From the IMG/VR virus record IMGVR_UViG_3300031993_000020: 64,000 bases of DNA, one strand, 5' to 3'. The translations under genes and the position numbers were made by a program. Shown piece by piece: positions 1-8,377 of the stretch. Below the pieces are notes generated by a model, which made no database searches, was not told the DNA's origin, and worked only from the letters and a program-made list of their open reading frames with translations. This stretch comes from an uncultured virus (IMG/VR IMGVR_UViG_3300031993_000020). Its lineage: Duplodnaviria; Heunggongvirae; Uroviricota; Caudoviricetes. Position 1 is the first letter of the stretch. The number at the start of each line of letters is the position of its first letter.

Positions 1-18
1 GGGACAACGTCCCTCTTG

Positions 19-126
19 ATGGGGTACTGTCAATTACCCCTAATGTTGGACTTTCCAATATTAATGACGTAACGAACCCTTTGAGGGTTCAGTTGCAAGC
101 CTCCGGCTTTGCCGGAGGTAGTTGAC
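19..126 (+). mobile_element. IS200/IS605-family right end / TnpB omegaRNA-like structured 3' end (element continues left of the window)
   Basis: Subterminal hairpin CAAGCCTCCGGC-TTT-GCCGGAGGTAGTTGAC (96-126). GTCAATTACC (29-38) can pair with GGTAGTTGAC (117-126). Extra hairpin GAACCCT-TTG-AGGGTTC. Read on the minus strand it also resembles an IscB/HEARO 5' end, so the strand is not certain. Confidence 0.6.
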
Positions 127-127
127 T

Positions 128-289
128 GTAGGGCCAGGAGTAGAACTTCAGATCCCCCGAGAGAGTCTGCTGGAGTACAACGAGAACCCGCAGATGTTTT
201 TGGAACACTATGTCGGTCTTGAGACTGATTCTCCTGCAAATGTAAGTAGCGGGAATTGTTCAGGATTTATAATGCAAATCAAAAATTGA
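128..289 (+). pseudogene. Probable 3' remnant of a gene interrupted by the IS end
   Basis: Open, protein-like frame VGPGVELQIPRESLLEYNENPQMFLEHY...IKN* starts right after GTTGAC, with no RBS or start of its own. Confidence 0.3.
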
Positions 290-438
290 GTCTAAGCCAT
301 TTGTGTGTAATTTTGATAAGGACATGAATGTCCCTAACAAACATTTTTCCCTTGACGAAGTAATCAAAACAGCATAAGAATATTTGGTGTGAGGATAAAC
401 CTTGCAACGAGAACTAAAGTAACGAGCCGAGTATCGAG

Positions 439-765
439 ATGCAGAAGAACACGAGAGTAATTGACGACCAAAAAGTATCAACACAAACAGCTAACATGAC
501 AAGCTGCAATATCCTGACGGTTGAGGCCGGTACTAATGGACACCAAGGTGGAGACGCCGGTCATGGGTGCCGGACTTATATTCGCATCGAAGACGAGGGT
601 GGAACGAGTATCAGAGTAAAGCCTCTCGGAAATATGTGGAACGACGAGTACGACGGCGGCGTCGAAATTATACTTGCTGGAGACTGCGAGCTCGACACGA
701 TTATCGACGGATTAAAGTTCATCACTGGGACGCTGGAAGCTCAGAAGAAAGCCCAAGCTAAGTAA
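439..765 (+). CDS. Hypothetical phage protein (108 aa)
   Basis: ORF with Gly-rich VEAGTNGHQGGDAGHG motif, ending 41 bp before cas9. No Cas2 signature. Confidence 0.65.
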   Translation: MQKNTRVIDDQKVSTQTANMTSCNILTVEAGTNGHQGGDAGHGCRTYIRIEDEGGTSIRVKPLGNMWNDEYDGGVEIILAGDCELDTIIDGLKFITGTLEAQKKAQAK

Positions 766-806
766 TAAAAACGTTACACAACCAACAACTTAACGAGGTA
801 ACTAAA

Positions 807-3800
807 ATGAACAAACAAACTTTAAAGAACGAACCGTATTACATTGGATTAGATATTGGAACCAGCTCTGTGGGTTGGTGCTGTACTGATTCTTCCTATA
901 AGTGGCTAAGATACCATGGGAAAAATATGTGCGGAGTGCATCTGTTTCCAGAAGCTAAAACGGCTGAGGACAGACGCTTACATAGAAGCAATCGACGCAG
1001 ACTACAAAGGAGAAGAAAACGGATAGAATATCTCCGTGAAATTTTTGCTGATGAAATTAATAAAGTTGAACCTCAATTTTACAGTGCATTGGACGATAGT
1101 CAGTTCAAAAAGACTAGTCTAGCTGGACTTATGAAACAATATCCGACCATTTTCCATCTTAGAAAAGCCTTAATAGAACAACCGGATATTAAATTCGACA
1201 TAAGGTATATTTACCTTGTATGTGCTAATATACTCAAGCACCGTGGAAATTTTCTATACCCCAGTCTATCAGTAGATAATGTAGTTAACGGCGCATTCGA
1301 GCAAAACTTGAATGATTTTGTGGATACTGTAAAAAATGTGTACAATATAGACATTAACAGTAAAGGACTAGATGAGATAAAAGATGCGCTTTTAAGAGGG
1401 GACTCAGAAGCTCTACAAATAGCGTTCTGGGGAAATAGCGACAAAAAAGATAAGTTGCACGAAGCTCTCTGTGCGACTGTTACAGGAAAAACTCCAAGAC
1501 TTCAGGTACTGCTCTCTAGTGCAAGATATGAAATAGACCCAGAACAGTTAGAATCAGTAAAAAAGATCAAATTAAGCGATGCAAATTTAGAGGAAAAGCT
1601 TCCAGAGTTAGAAGCGATTACTGGAGAAGTCTATGATGTATTTCTTGCGGCTAAGAGGCTCTACGATTGGAGTAAGATGGGGCAAATTATCGGTGAGCAT
1701 AAAAAATATTCAGATGCAATGATTGCAAAGTATAACGCACACAAGAAGAATCTGATACTTTTAAAACAGTTCATAAAACAGAAGGCTCCTGATAAATATG
1801 ATGAGGTGTTCAACAAGCGAGAATCTAATGATTCTTATGATGCTTGGATAGGAAGATCAGTTGCCAAACCAAATAAGAGTACTTGCGATTGGGAAGAATT
1901 TACCAAGGCCATAAAAAAAGTGCTGAATATTGGTAAAGACGAGCCACAAGACCCTGCATTGGCAAAGCTAAAGCAAGACTTGGAAAACGATGATTTTTTA
2001 GGAAAGCAGCGTACAGGTAAAAACGGGATAATTCCATACCAACTACACGAATATGAGCTGAATATCATTCTCGAGAATGCGGCCAAGCACTACCCGTTTT
2101 TAAAGCATGTAGACAGTGATGGCTACAGCAATTTAGATAAAATAAAAGCGCTTGTTACCTTTAAACGTCCATATTATGCAGGAACTGGGTTCATGACTCC
2201 TAAAAAAGGTCTTGAAAAGAAGCAGATTTATCCGTGGAATTTTTTTGATATAGTAGACTTGCCTAAAAGCGCGGAAAAATTTATTGTATCTATGACCAAG
2301 CAATGCCGTTTTATACCAACCTGCAAAGTACTACCGAAACAGTCATTGCTTTATTCGGATTATATTGCCCTTGACCATATCAATTCTTTGTCGATTTTAG
2401 GGAAGAAATTATCCTCAGGACAGAAAGCTAAAATATGGGAACTGTGTCATCAGCAGTTGGTTGTGACGTTCAGTCGTATCGCTAAAGCTATAAATATCGA
2501 CAAAAACGATCTGGGAGGCCTCGATAAAGAAGCTAGTATAAGCCTAAAATCCTACCACGATTTTAAAAGGATTTTGGGTGATAATTTGTGCGAGCACAAC
2601 AAAGACTTTATCGAAGCATGTATATATGATATTACGATTTTCAAAGAAGAAAAGGCGGAAATCTGTAAGCGTATCAAAGCTCATGCTGACGAATATAGTT
2701 TAAATCTATCTGAAGAACAGATTCAAAAGATTTCACGCCTAAACTACAAGGACTGGGGTAGCTTCTCCTGGGAACTATTTACGGAAATTAAAGACGACAA
2801 TATTTCGATTATAGAAGCCCTAACCAACGGAACTGACAATTTTATGCAACTTCTAAGTAAGAGATACAGCTACTCTAAAGCTATTGAAATATATAATCAA
2901 CAGCACGAGGTTACTAAAACAATAACAAGGGCTGACATTGTTTCATCTTTATGTGCTTCTGCTCCCGTTAAAAGAGCTGTGAAAGTTACGCTAAACATAC
3001 TTGACGACATCATCAGACGTTCAAAAGGACTGCCGAAAAAAATCTTTGTTGAGGTTCCTCGCGAGTCATCAGAGAAGAATGCGAGTAAAAAAGGTAAAAA
3101 GACAGTCTCTAGAAAAGCTAGGCTGACAAAAATATATAACATAAAAGGGAACCCTGAGTTAAAAGAACTTTACGAAGAGTTAGAGACATGTGATGAGTCA
3201 ATGTTAAAGAAAGACAAAATCTATTTGTACTTTTTGCAACTCGGTCGCGATATGTATACAGGAGAAAAGATTCATTTTGCTGCATTGAGAGATAGCAATA
3301 GTAAGTGGGACGTGGATCATATATATGCGCAGTCGAGGGTAATTGACGATAGTCTGGACAACAAAGTCTTAACCTTGAAGAGTATCAATAATGACCTTAA
3401 AAAAGACAAATGGCTGTTTGAGGTATGTCAGTCTATTAATGGTTTTGAACAGGCGCGAGAGTTATGGAACAAATTGTATAAACTTGAGTTACTGAGTTCG
3501 AAGAAAAGGGAAAAATTGTATAGGACAACGCCTCTTTCTCCGGACGAACTGGCGGAGTTTAATAGCAGACAGCTCGTGGAGACTAGACAATCTGCTAAAG
3601 CCATTTGTGATATTCTAAAGGAAATATATACTGATACAAAGGTCGAGATAGTCTATGTTAACGCTGACAGAGTGTCTGACTTTAGAACATATTTTAGCTA
3701 TGCTAAGTGTCGAGCTGTGAACGATCTACATCACGCACGAGATGCTTATCTCAATATTATTGTAGGTAATATTTGGTACACTAGGCTAACGAGCAATCCG

Positions 3801-4820
3801 GCATATGTTTTTGGCCATGAAAAAATTAATGTCCAACTTCATACGAACAACAATACGGGTCTGATAGATAAACCAGTGGCTCGAGGTGGGGTTACTGCTT
3901 GGACGTATGACTCACGACAAATCGTGGATAAATGGATGAGCTGTAATCAAATTCAGGTAACGAGGAAAATGATTGAGAGAACGGGGGAATTTTATAGTCA
4001 GAACCCCATTAAGGGTATTAAATGTAATAACAAGGTGCAAATACCAAGAAAGACCAGTGAACCACGATTAGCTGATACAAGTAAATATGGAGGATATGAT
4101 AATCAGAAAATCGCATATTTTGCTTTCATAGAATATACCAAAGAAGCAAGCCGAAGGAGGACATTTGTACCAATACCGGTCCGTCTAATCAAAAAGACTA
4201 CTCTTGACAAGTATATAAGTTCTTTAGGATATAAGGATGTCAGAGTTATCTTACCGAAGGTTTTGATTGGTACAAAAATATACATAGATGGATATCCGAC
4301 ATGGATTACAGGGAAGACAGAGGATAAATTCACAGTCGATCAGTGCGTACAGCTGATTTTAACCCAGGAGCAAGAGAGATACATCGAAAAGATTATAAGA
4401 TATTTAAAGACACAACAGAAGAATAAAAAGGAGAGCGACGATTCGCAGGAACAGACAGAAAAAGATCCGGGGATTATTGATTCTGATACACTGTACAAAT
4501 TAGTTAAGGAGCTAGTTCGCAAGTTTGCTGACGAGAATGGCATATTTAGTAAGAGACCGAATAATTTCTTTAAAGGTAAGGTTGAAACTGTGCTCAATGA
4601 ATTCAAAACGAATTCAGTTGCGAAACAATATGTTGTCGTAAAAAACATCGTACAATTTTGTCAAGGGAGCGGAATTGCTGATTTTAGTGGTATTGGTGGG
4701 AAGAAAAATGCAGGTAGTATAAGTATTAAGATGGATATTACTGATTGTAAATCCGCCTATATTCTTCTTGAATCATCAACCGGACTCGGTGTCGAAAAAA
4801 TCGATCTCCAAAAAAGATAA
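807..4820 (+). CDS. cas9: Type II (II-A-like) CRISPR endonuclease Cas9, 1337 aa
   Basis: RuvC-I IGLDIGTSSVGW (D16), Arg-rich bridge helix RRLHRSNRRRLQRRRKR, YPTIFHLR, KHRGNFL, RuvC-II IFVEVPRE, HNH DVDHIYAQS...DDSLDNKVL...N, RuvC-III HHARDAYL, KYGGY. RBS GAGG upstream; tracrRNA and array adjacent. Confidence 0.98.
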   Translation: MNKQTLKNEPYYIGLDIGTSSVGWCCTDSSYKWLRYHGKNMCGVHLFPEAKTAEDRRLHRSNRRRLQRRRKRIEYLREIFADEINKVEPQFYSALDDSQFKKTSLAGLMKQYPTIFHLRKALIEQPDIKFDIRYIYLVCANILKHRGNFLYPSLSVDNVVNGAFEQNLNDFVDTVKNVYNIDINSKGLDEIKDALLRGDSEALQIAFWGNSDKKDKLHEALCATVTGKTPRLQVLLSSARYEIDPEQLESVKKIKLSDANLEEKLPELEAITGEVYDVFLAAKRLYDWSKMGQIIGEHKKYSDAMIAKYNAHKKNLILLKQFIKQKAPDKYDEVFNKRESNDSYDAWIGRSVAKPNKSTCDWEEFTKAIKKVLNIGKDEPQDPALAKLKQDLENDDFLGKQRTGKNGIIPYQLHEYELNIILENAAKHYPFLKHVDSDGYSNLDKIKALVTFKRPYYAGTGFMTPKKGLEKKQIYPWNFFDIVDLPKSAEKFIVSMTKQCRFIPTCKVLPKQSLLYSDYIALDHINSLSILGKKLSSGQKAKIWELCHQQLVVTFSRIAKAINIDKNDLGGLDKEASISLKSYHDFKRILGDNLCEHNKDFIEACIYDITIFKEEKAEICKRIKAHADEYSLNLSEEQIQKISRLNYKDWGSFSWELFTEIKDDNISIIEALTNGTDNFMQLLSKRYSYSKAIEIYNQQHEVTKTITRADIVSSLCASAPVKRAVKVTLNILDDIIRRSKGLPKKIFVEVPRESSEKNASKKGKKTVSRKARLTKIYNIKGNPELKELYEELETCDESMLKKDKIYLYFLQLGRDMYTGEKIHFAALRDSNSKWDVDHIYAQSRVIDDSLDNKVLTLKSINNDLKKDKWLFEVCQSINGFEQARELWNKLYKLELLSSKKREKLYRTTPLSPDELAEFNSRQLVETRQSAKAICDILKEIYTDTKVEIVYVNADRVSDFRTYFSYAKCRAVNDLHHARDAYLNIIVGNIWYTRLTSNPAYVFGHEKINVQLHTNNNTGLIDKPVARGGVTAWTYDSRQIVDKWMSCNQIQVTRKMIERTGEFYSQNPIKGIKCNNKVQIPRKTSEPRLADTSKYGGYDNQKIAYFAFIEYTKEASRRRTFVPIPVRLIKKTTLDKYISSLGYKDVRVILPKVLIGTKIYIDGYPTWITGKTEDKFTVDQCVQLILTQEQERYIEKIIRYLKTQQKNKKESDDSQEQTEKDPGIIDSDTLYKLVKELVRKFADENGIFSKRPNNFFKGKVETVLNEFKTNSVAKQYVVVKNIVQFCQGSGIADFSGIGGKKNAGSISIKMDITDCKSAYILLESSTGLGVEKIDLQKR

Positions 4821-4828
4821 AAAAAGTG

Positions 4829-4857
4829 TTGACATAAAATTTTCTGTCTGCTAGACA
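4829..4857 (+). promoter_or_regulatory. Sigma70-type promoter for tracrRNA/array
   Basis: Perfect -35 TTGACA (4829-4834), 17-bp spacer, extended -10 TG-C-TAGACA (4849-4857; imperfect -10). Confidence 0.55.
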
Positions 4858-4903
4858 TTACAAATGTAAGGACGGTCAAAAGACCATCTTACGAACTTAG
4901 TTC

Positions 4904-5021
4904 TTTTTAGATCTCTGAAAAATATCACAGGTTTAAGTTCAAATAAGGCGCGTAGGCTGCTAGTAATAGCAGTCTATAGCCGACAACACGTCGCTTGTAG
5001 CGACGGAGTCACATGTGTGAC
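4904..5021 (+). ncRNA. tracrRNA
   Basis: Anti-repeat AAATATCACAGGTT-TAAG-TTCAAAT pairs with repeat GTTTGAG-AACCGTGATATTT. It is followed by an AAGGC nexus (GGC/GCC) enclosing hairpin TAGGCTGCTA-GTAA-TAGCAGTCTA, then hairpins CGTCGCT-TGT-AGCGACG and GTCACA-TG-TGTGAC. Same architecture as type II-A tracrRNAs (AAGTTAAAATAAGGC in SpyCas9). Confidence 0.88.
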
Positions 5022-5050
5022 ATAAAAGATAGATTAAGTCACAGTTCTCG

Positions 5051-5490
5051 GTTTGAGAACCGTGATATTTCTAAGGGTTCCAATACTGTCTGATAACGAA
5101 AAAGGTAAGGATCATAGTTTGAGAACCGTGATATTTCTAAGGGTTCCAATACATGTTGATCACACTAGGCACAACCTCTTCTGTTTGAGAACCGTGATAT
5201 TTCTGAGGATTTCAATACTCAAGTTTGAGAACTGTGATATTTCTGAGAGTTCAAATCCCCTTGTTTGAGAACTATGATGTTTCACTAGAGGTCCAATACT
5301 GAAAATAATATAGAGAAAAGTAACCCTAGTTTGAGAACTGTGATGTTTTTTTAGGGGTCTCATCCTCTAAATAAATCCAACTTATCATCTAGCTCTTGTT
5401 TGAGAACTGTGATGTTTGTTAGAGTTTCAACACGTGCAAACATGCCCCGTGACGAATACGCGGGTTTGAGACCTGTGCTATTCTTATCAG
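5051..5490 (+). CRISPR. CRISPR array, 36-bp repeat GTTTGAGAACCGTGATATTTCTAAGGGTTCCAATAC, 8 progressively degenerate repeats
   Basis: Repeats start at 5051, 5117, 5183, 5223, 5263, 5329, 5398 and 5464. Spacers are 30, 30, 4, 4, 29, ~33 and 30 nt. R1 and R2 are identical; later repeats diverge mainly in the 3' half. Confidence 0.95.
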
Positions 5491-5534
5491 AAAAAAAAAT
5501 ATAGCTCACCCCGGTTTCCCGAGGCGAGCTATAT
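5491..5534 (-). terminator. Intrinsic terminator facing the CRISPR array
   Basis: Minus strand ATATAGCTCGCCTCGG-GAAA-CCGGGGTGAGCTATAT then a T-run. The G-U pairs and GAAA tetraloop only work on the minus strand. Confidence 0.85.
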
Positions 5535-5556
5535 ACTTGTCATTTTAATTTTCCGA

Positions 5557-5605
5557 GTTTGAGACCTATGATGTTTTTTTAGTTTAAGACCTGAGATTTT
5601 CTCAG
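5557..5605 (+). repeat. Two truncated trailer CRISPR repeat remnants
   Basis: GTTTGAGACCTATGATGTTT (5557) and GTTTAAGACCTGAGATTTT (5582) match the 5' half of the repeat. Confidence 0.7.
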
Positions 5606-5641
5606 AAAAGAAAACCCCCTCCGGAATAAACGGAGGAGGTT
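5606..5641 (-). terminator. Intrinsic terminator of the minus-strand gene block
   Basis: Minus strand AACCTCCTCCG-TTTATTC-CGGAGGGGGTT then TTCTTTT, 5 bp after the 5647 stop. Confidence 0.85.
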
Positions 5642-5646
5642 CAATC

Positions 5647-6276
5647 TTAGCGAACTTCTTGTTCTATCCTTTTCTTCTTTAGTATGGCTTCGTAATTACC
5701 AGCCAACGCACCATTCATATCAATAACACTACAATCCTGTACGCTGTCGAAATACTTCCGTACAATACGAGAGAAATTCTTGAGCTCTGTGTCACTGGAT
5801 AACTGTGTCTGCATAGCAGCCAGCTCTTGTCTTAGTTTTTCGATTTTGGTTTCTAAAGGCGTTCTCATCCCGGGAGGGAATGAGCCTAATTTTCTGAACC
5901 ATAGGCCGTCTGGGTCAAAGCACAATATTCTAGAATTATTGAATACATCGTCACGTTCTGCTATTTTGTCATCAACAAATATAGCAGTTGTTCCTTTGGG
6001 AATAAACTGTGATTTGGGTGTGTCACCTACAGAAACAATCTCATCAAAGAAGGAAGGCTCTATCCCAGCATTAGGGAGTACCCAGTCTGGATTAGGCGCG
6101 CGAGTAAGAACAACAATCTTTTTGCCAAGAGCTTTCTGCCTTTGTAAGAATTCAAGCAAATTATTGTTTACTGCGCCATAGGCCCAGAGAACAAGAGTTG
6201 AATCCATGTCAGTGTAAATAATATCATAGCTGTCAGCGGGCAAAAGAATATCGATTATAAATATATTTTCATCCAT
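5647..6276 (-). CDS. HAD-superfamily phosphatase-like protein with C-terminal coiled coil and NF-tag module
   Basis: Motif I YTDMDSTL, motif II VLTR, Lys in PKS, motif IV FVDD. Paralogue of 22179-22697. C-terminus KNFSRIVRKYFDSVQDCSVIDMN is shared with 9011-9226. Confidence 0.7.
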   Translation of the reverse strand: MDENIFIIDILLPADSYDIIYTDMDSTLVLWAYGAVNNNLLEFLQRQKALGKKIVVLTRAPNPDWVLPNAGIEPSFFDEIVSVGDTPKSQFIPKGTTAIFVDDKIAERDDVFNNSRILCFDPDGLWFRKLGSFPPGMRTPLETKIEKLRQELAAMQTQLSSDTELKNFSRIVRKYFDSVQDCSVIDMNGALAGNYEAILKKKRIEQEVR

Positions 6277-6925
6277 CCTTTTTCACCTTATCCTTCAAGA
6301 TTGTCTCGCCTTTAACTAGCCACGCAATTCCGAAGAATTCCAAGCCAATGCCTTCTCCGATGTAAGTTGTGTAAGGAAGGTTAAAGAGAAAGTTTAGTGC
6401 GCCGCCCAGGAAGATGGAGACGATCATTCCTATGCCACAAGTCCGGTATAAAATATTGCGTTTCTTCTTTTCGTCTGTCATATTACCCGATGTTTTTGTG
6501 AATTGCCAAATTTCCATAAAAGCTAGGCCGAAGAAAAAAGCTATCGCTGTGATATTATGAATCCATTTCGTAATGCCTGCATCTATTCCCATAAAATTGT
6601 ACGCTTCTGGATAAAATTGAACTTGAGTTGGAAAAAGCGATAGGAGTAGTGCCATGATTCCGCTTACAGTTGTGATCCAGAAGTCTGCAATATCATAGCC
6701 TCTATAGCAGATTAGGAAGCAGCCAGTCGCGAAGACGATTCCCTCAAAAAGAAGTGATGATGTAGCATAGTGTGACGCGGATATAGAATCAAAAAGTAGT
6801 GGTTCTATCTCCCGACTCATCACAAATCTACAAAAAAAGTAGCCGAAGCCCACATCTAAGATAGGTAAAAGCATTCCGAGGATGCCAAGAGTCCTGCGGA
6901 GATATATTTCTGTTTTGTCTGTCAT
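6269..6925 (-). CDS. Multi-pass membrane protein (DUF998-like), paralogue 1
   Basis: About 6 hydrophobic helices, SISASHY and WIH motifs; aligns end to end with 7706-8377. Confidence 0.75.
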   Translation of the reverse strand: MTDKTEIYLRRTLGILGMLLPILDVGFGYFFCRFVMSREIEPLLFDSISASHYATSSLLFEGIVFATGCFLICYRGYDIADFWITTVSGIMALLLSLFPTQVQFYPEAYNFMGIDAGITKWIHNITAIAFFFGLAFMEIWQFTKTSGNMTDEKKKRNILYRTCGIGMIVSIFLGGALNFLFNLPYTTYIGEGIGLEFFGIAWLVKGETILKDKVKKDG

Positions 6926-6927
6926 GG

Positions 6928-7740
6928 TTATTCTTTCTTTGCAAGACCCTCGAGAAAATCTTGCTCAAAATAACGATCCATATCACCGTTGATCGTCTGG
7001 ATCACGCCATTAAGAGACAGAAAATCACGGCGGTAAGATAAATCGAGTATATCTAGTATTCCAGTTAGTTTACTTACCCAGCCTGCATGGAAACTGTCAT
7101 CCGTGATGATGTTTTCTGACTGATCTACAATAGCTGATAAAAATTGATTATAGGTATCGTCAAACTTAGTATATAGCATACAAGGGATTCCCTTATGCTT
7201 ATAAATTTTCCCGTTATATTCGATGTCTATAATCTTTGATGTTATATTATCATGGTATTTAGATTTCAGTCGATCAACAATTGATCCATCTAGAATGGCT
7301 GTCATGTCATGATTGGGGTCATCAATGATTTTTGTAACTTCGTTGCCTAGCACTTCAAGTAAAGTTTTGCTGTAGATTAGCATAAACTCACGAATAAACT
7401 GTGCTTTTATTACTGAGTGACATGTAACCTGGGGTCCTATATTAATCACTCTTTTTAAATCTCTAAAGTACATGTGGCCGAGAAGATTAGTATAAATTAC
7501 GTCGCTCTCGTCGCTTTTGTTTGACTTTGGAATAGCAATATGGTCGTTTGAATGATGGTTAGCCATTTCCAAGGCTAATTTCCCGTTTGTGATTTTGCTG
7601 ACATTTAGTGCCTTCATGATTTTTGTGAGCACGAAACCAATAGAAAAGACACTGATAACAATCATTGCTAGAATGATTGCGCCAATGCCTGCCAATTTGT
7701 CGATATCAAGAGTTAATAACTGATTCATCGCCTTCATCAC
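6928..7740 (-). CDS. Single N-terminal TM protein (possible holin-like)
   Basis: One TM segment (LAGIGAIILAMIVISVFSIGFVL) followed by a helical soluble domain; holin role is only a topology guess. Confidence 0.45.
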   Translation of the reverse strand: MMKAMNQLLTLDIDKLAGIGAIILAMIVISVFSIGFVLTKIMKALNVSKITNGKLALEMANHHSNDHIAIPKSNKSDESDVIYTNLLGHMYFRDLKRVINIGPQVTCHSVIKAQFIREFMLIYSKTLLEVLGNEVTKIIDDPNHDMTAILDGSIVDRLKSKYHDNITSKIIDIEYNGKIYKHKGIPCMLYTKFDDTYNQFLSAIVDQSENIITDDSFHAGWVSKLTGILDILDLSYRRDFLSLNGVIQTINGDMDRYFEQDFLEGLAKKE

Positions 7741-8377
7741 TATCTCTAAAGATAGTAGCTCCTTTCACTAGCCAGGCAATTCCGAAAAATTCTAAGCCTA
7801 GTCCCTCACCTGCGTATAAAAGAAAGGGAACGTGAAATAGAAAATTTATTGCTCCGGCAACCAAGATTGATACTAACATGCCTATGCCGCAGATACGGTA
7901 GATTGTGTTGCGTATTTTTTTGTTACGAGTAGGTTCTTTGTTGCCAGTTTTTGTGAATTGCCAAAGTTCCATGATGGCAAGGCCAACGAAGAATAGTATG
8001 GATGTGGTATAATGGACCCACTGTGTAATTGAGGGAGGTAAGCCAATGAAGTTGTAACCATCGAAGCCGCCTGTTGCAGTGGGAAATAGTGTTAGAAGAA
8101 TACCAAAAACACCAGTGATAGTGGTCAGCCAGAAGTCTTTTACATCGTATCCTCGGTAACAAATAAGAAAAACAGACACAGCGAGAACGATGCCCTCAAA
8201 AAACAAATAGCTATAGGAATAATGAGTGGAAGAGATCGACTCAAAAAGACTTTGATTAATATCTAATCCCATCAAATATTTGCACCAGAAATAACCGAAG
8301 CCGATGTCAACAATCGGCAATAACATACCAAGGATACCCAATGCTCTTCTTTGATAAATTTCAGTTTTGTCTGTCAT
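7706..8377 (-). CDS. Multi-pass membrane protein (DUF998-like), paralogue 2
   Basis: MTDKTEIY.RR.LGILGMLLPI and GEG.GLEFFGIAWLVKG are shared with 6269-6925. Confidence 0.75.
   Translation of the reverse strand: MTDKTEIYQRRALGILGMLLPIVDIGFGYFWCKYLMGLDINQSLFESISSTHYSYSYLFFEGIVLAVSVFLICYRGYDVKDFWLTTITGVFGILLTLFPTATGGFDGYNFIGLPPSITQWVHYTTSILFFVGLAIMELWQFTKTGNKEPTRNKKIRNTIYRICGIGMLVSILVAGAINFLFHVPFLLYAGEGLGLEFFGIAWLVKGATIFRDSDEGDESVINS

Noticed and set aside
439..765. Cas2-sized ORF directly upstream of cas9
   Set aside because: No N-terminal hydrophobic-YD Cas2 motif; it looks like an unrelated phage protein.
4860..4905. Long-form tracrRNA acting as a natural sgRNA to repress cas9
   Set aside because: No GTTTGA-like segment upstream of the anti-repeat, and no visible match to the cas9 upstream region.
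5245..5260. tRNA T-arm-like GAGTTCAAATCCC
   Set aside because: It lies inside repeat 4 with no cloverleaf around it; no tRNA gene was seen in the window.
5053..5363. ORFs 5053-5268 (+) and 5160-5363 (-)
   Set aside because: They are translations of the CRISPR repeats.
5087..5463. Self-targeting spacers
   Set aside because: No convincing protospacer found in the window by eye; an alignment is needed to exclude partial matches.
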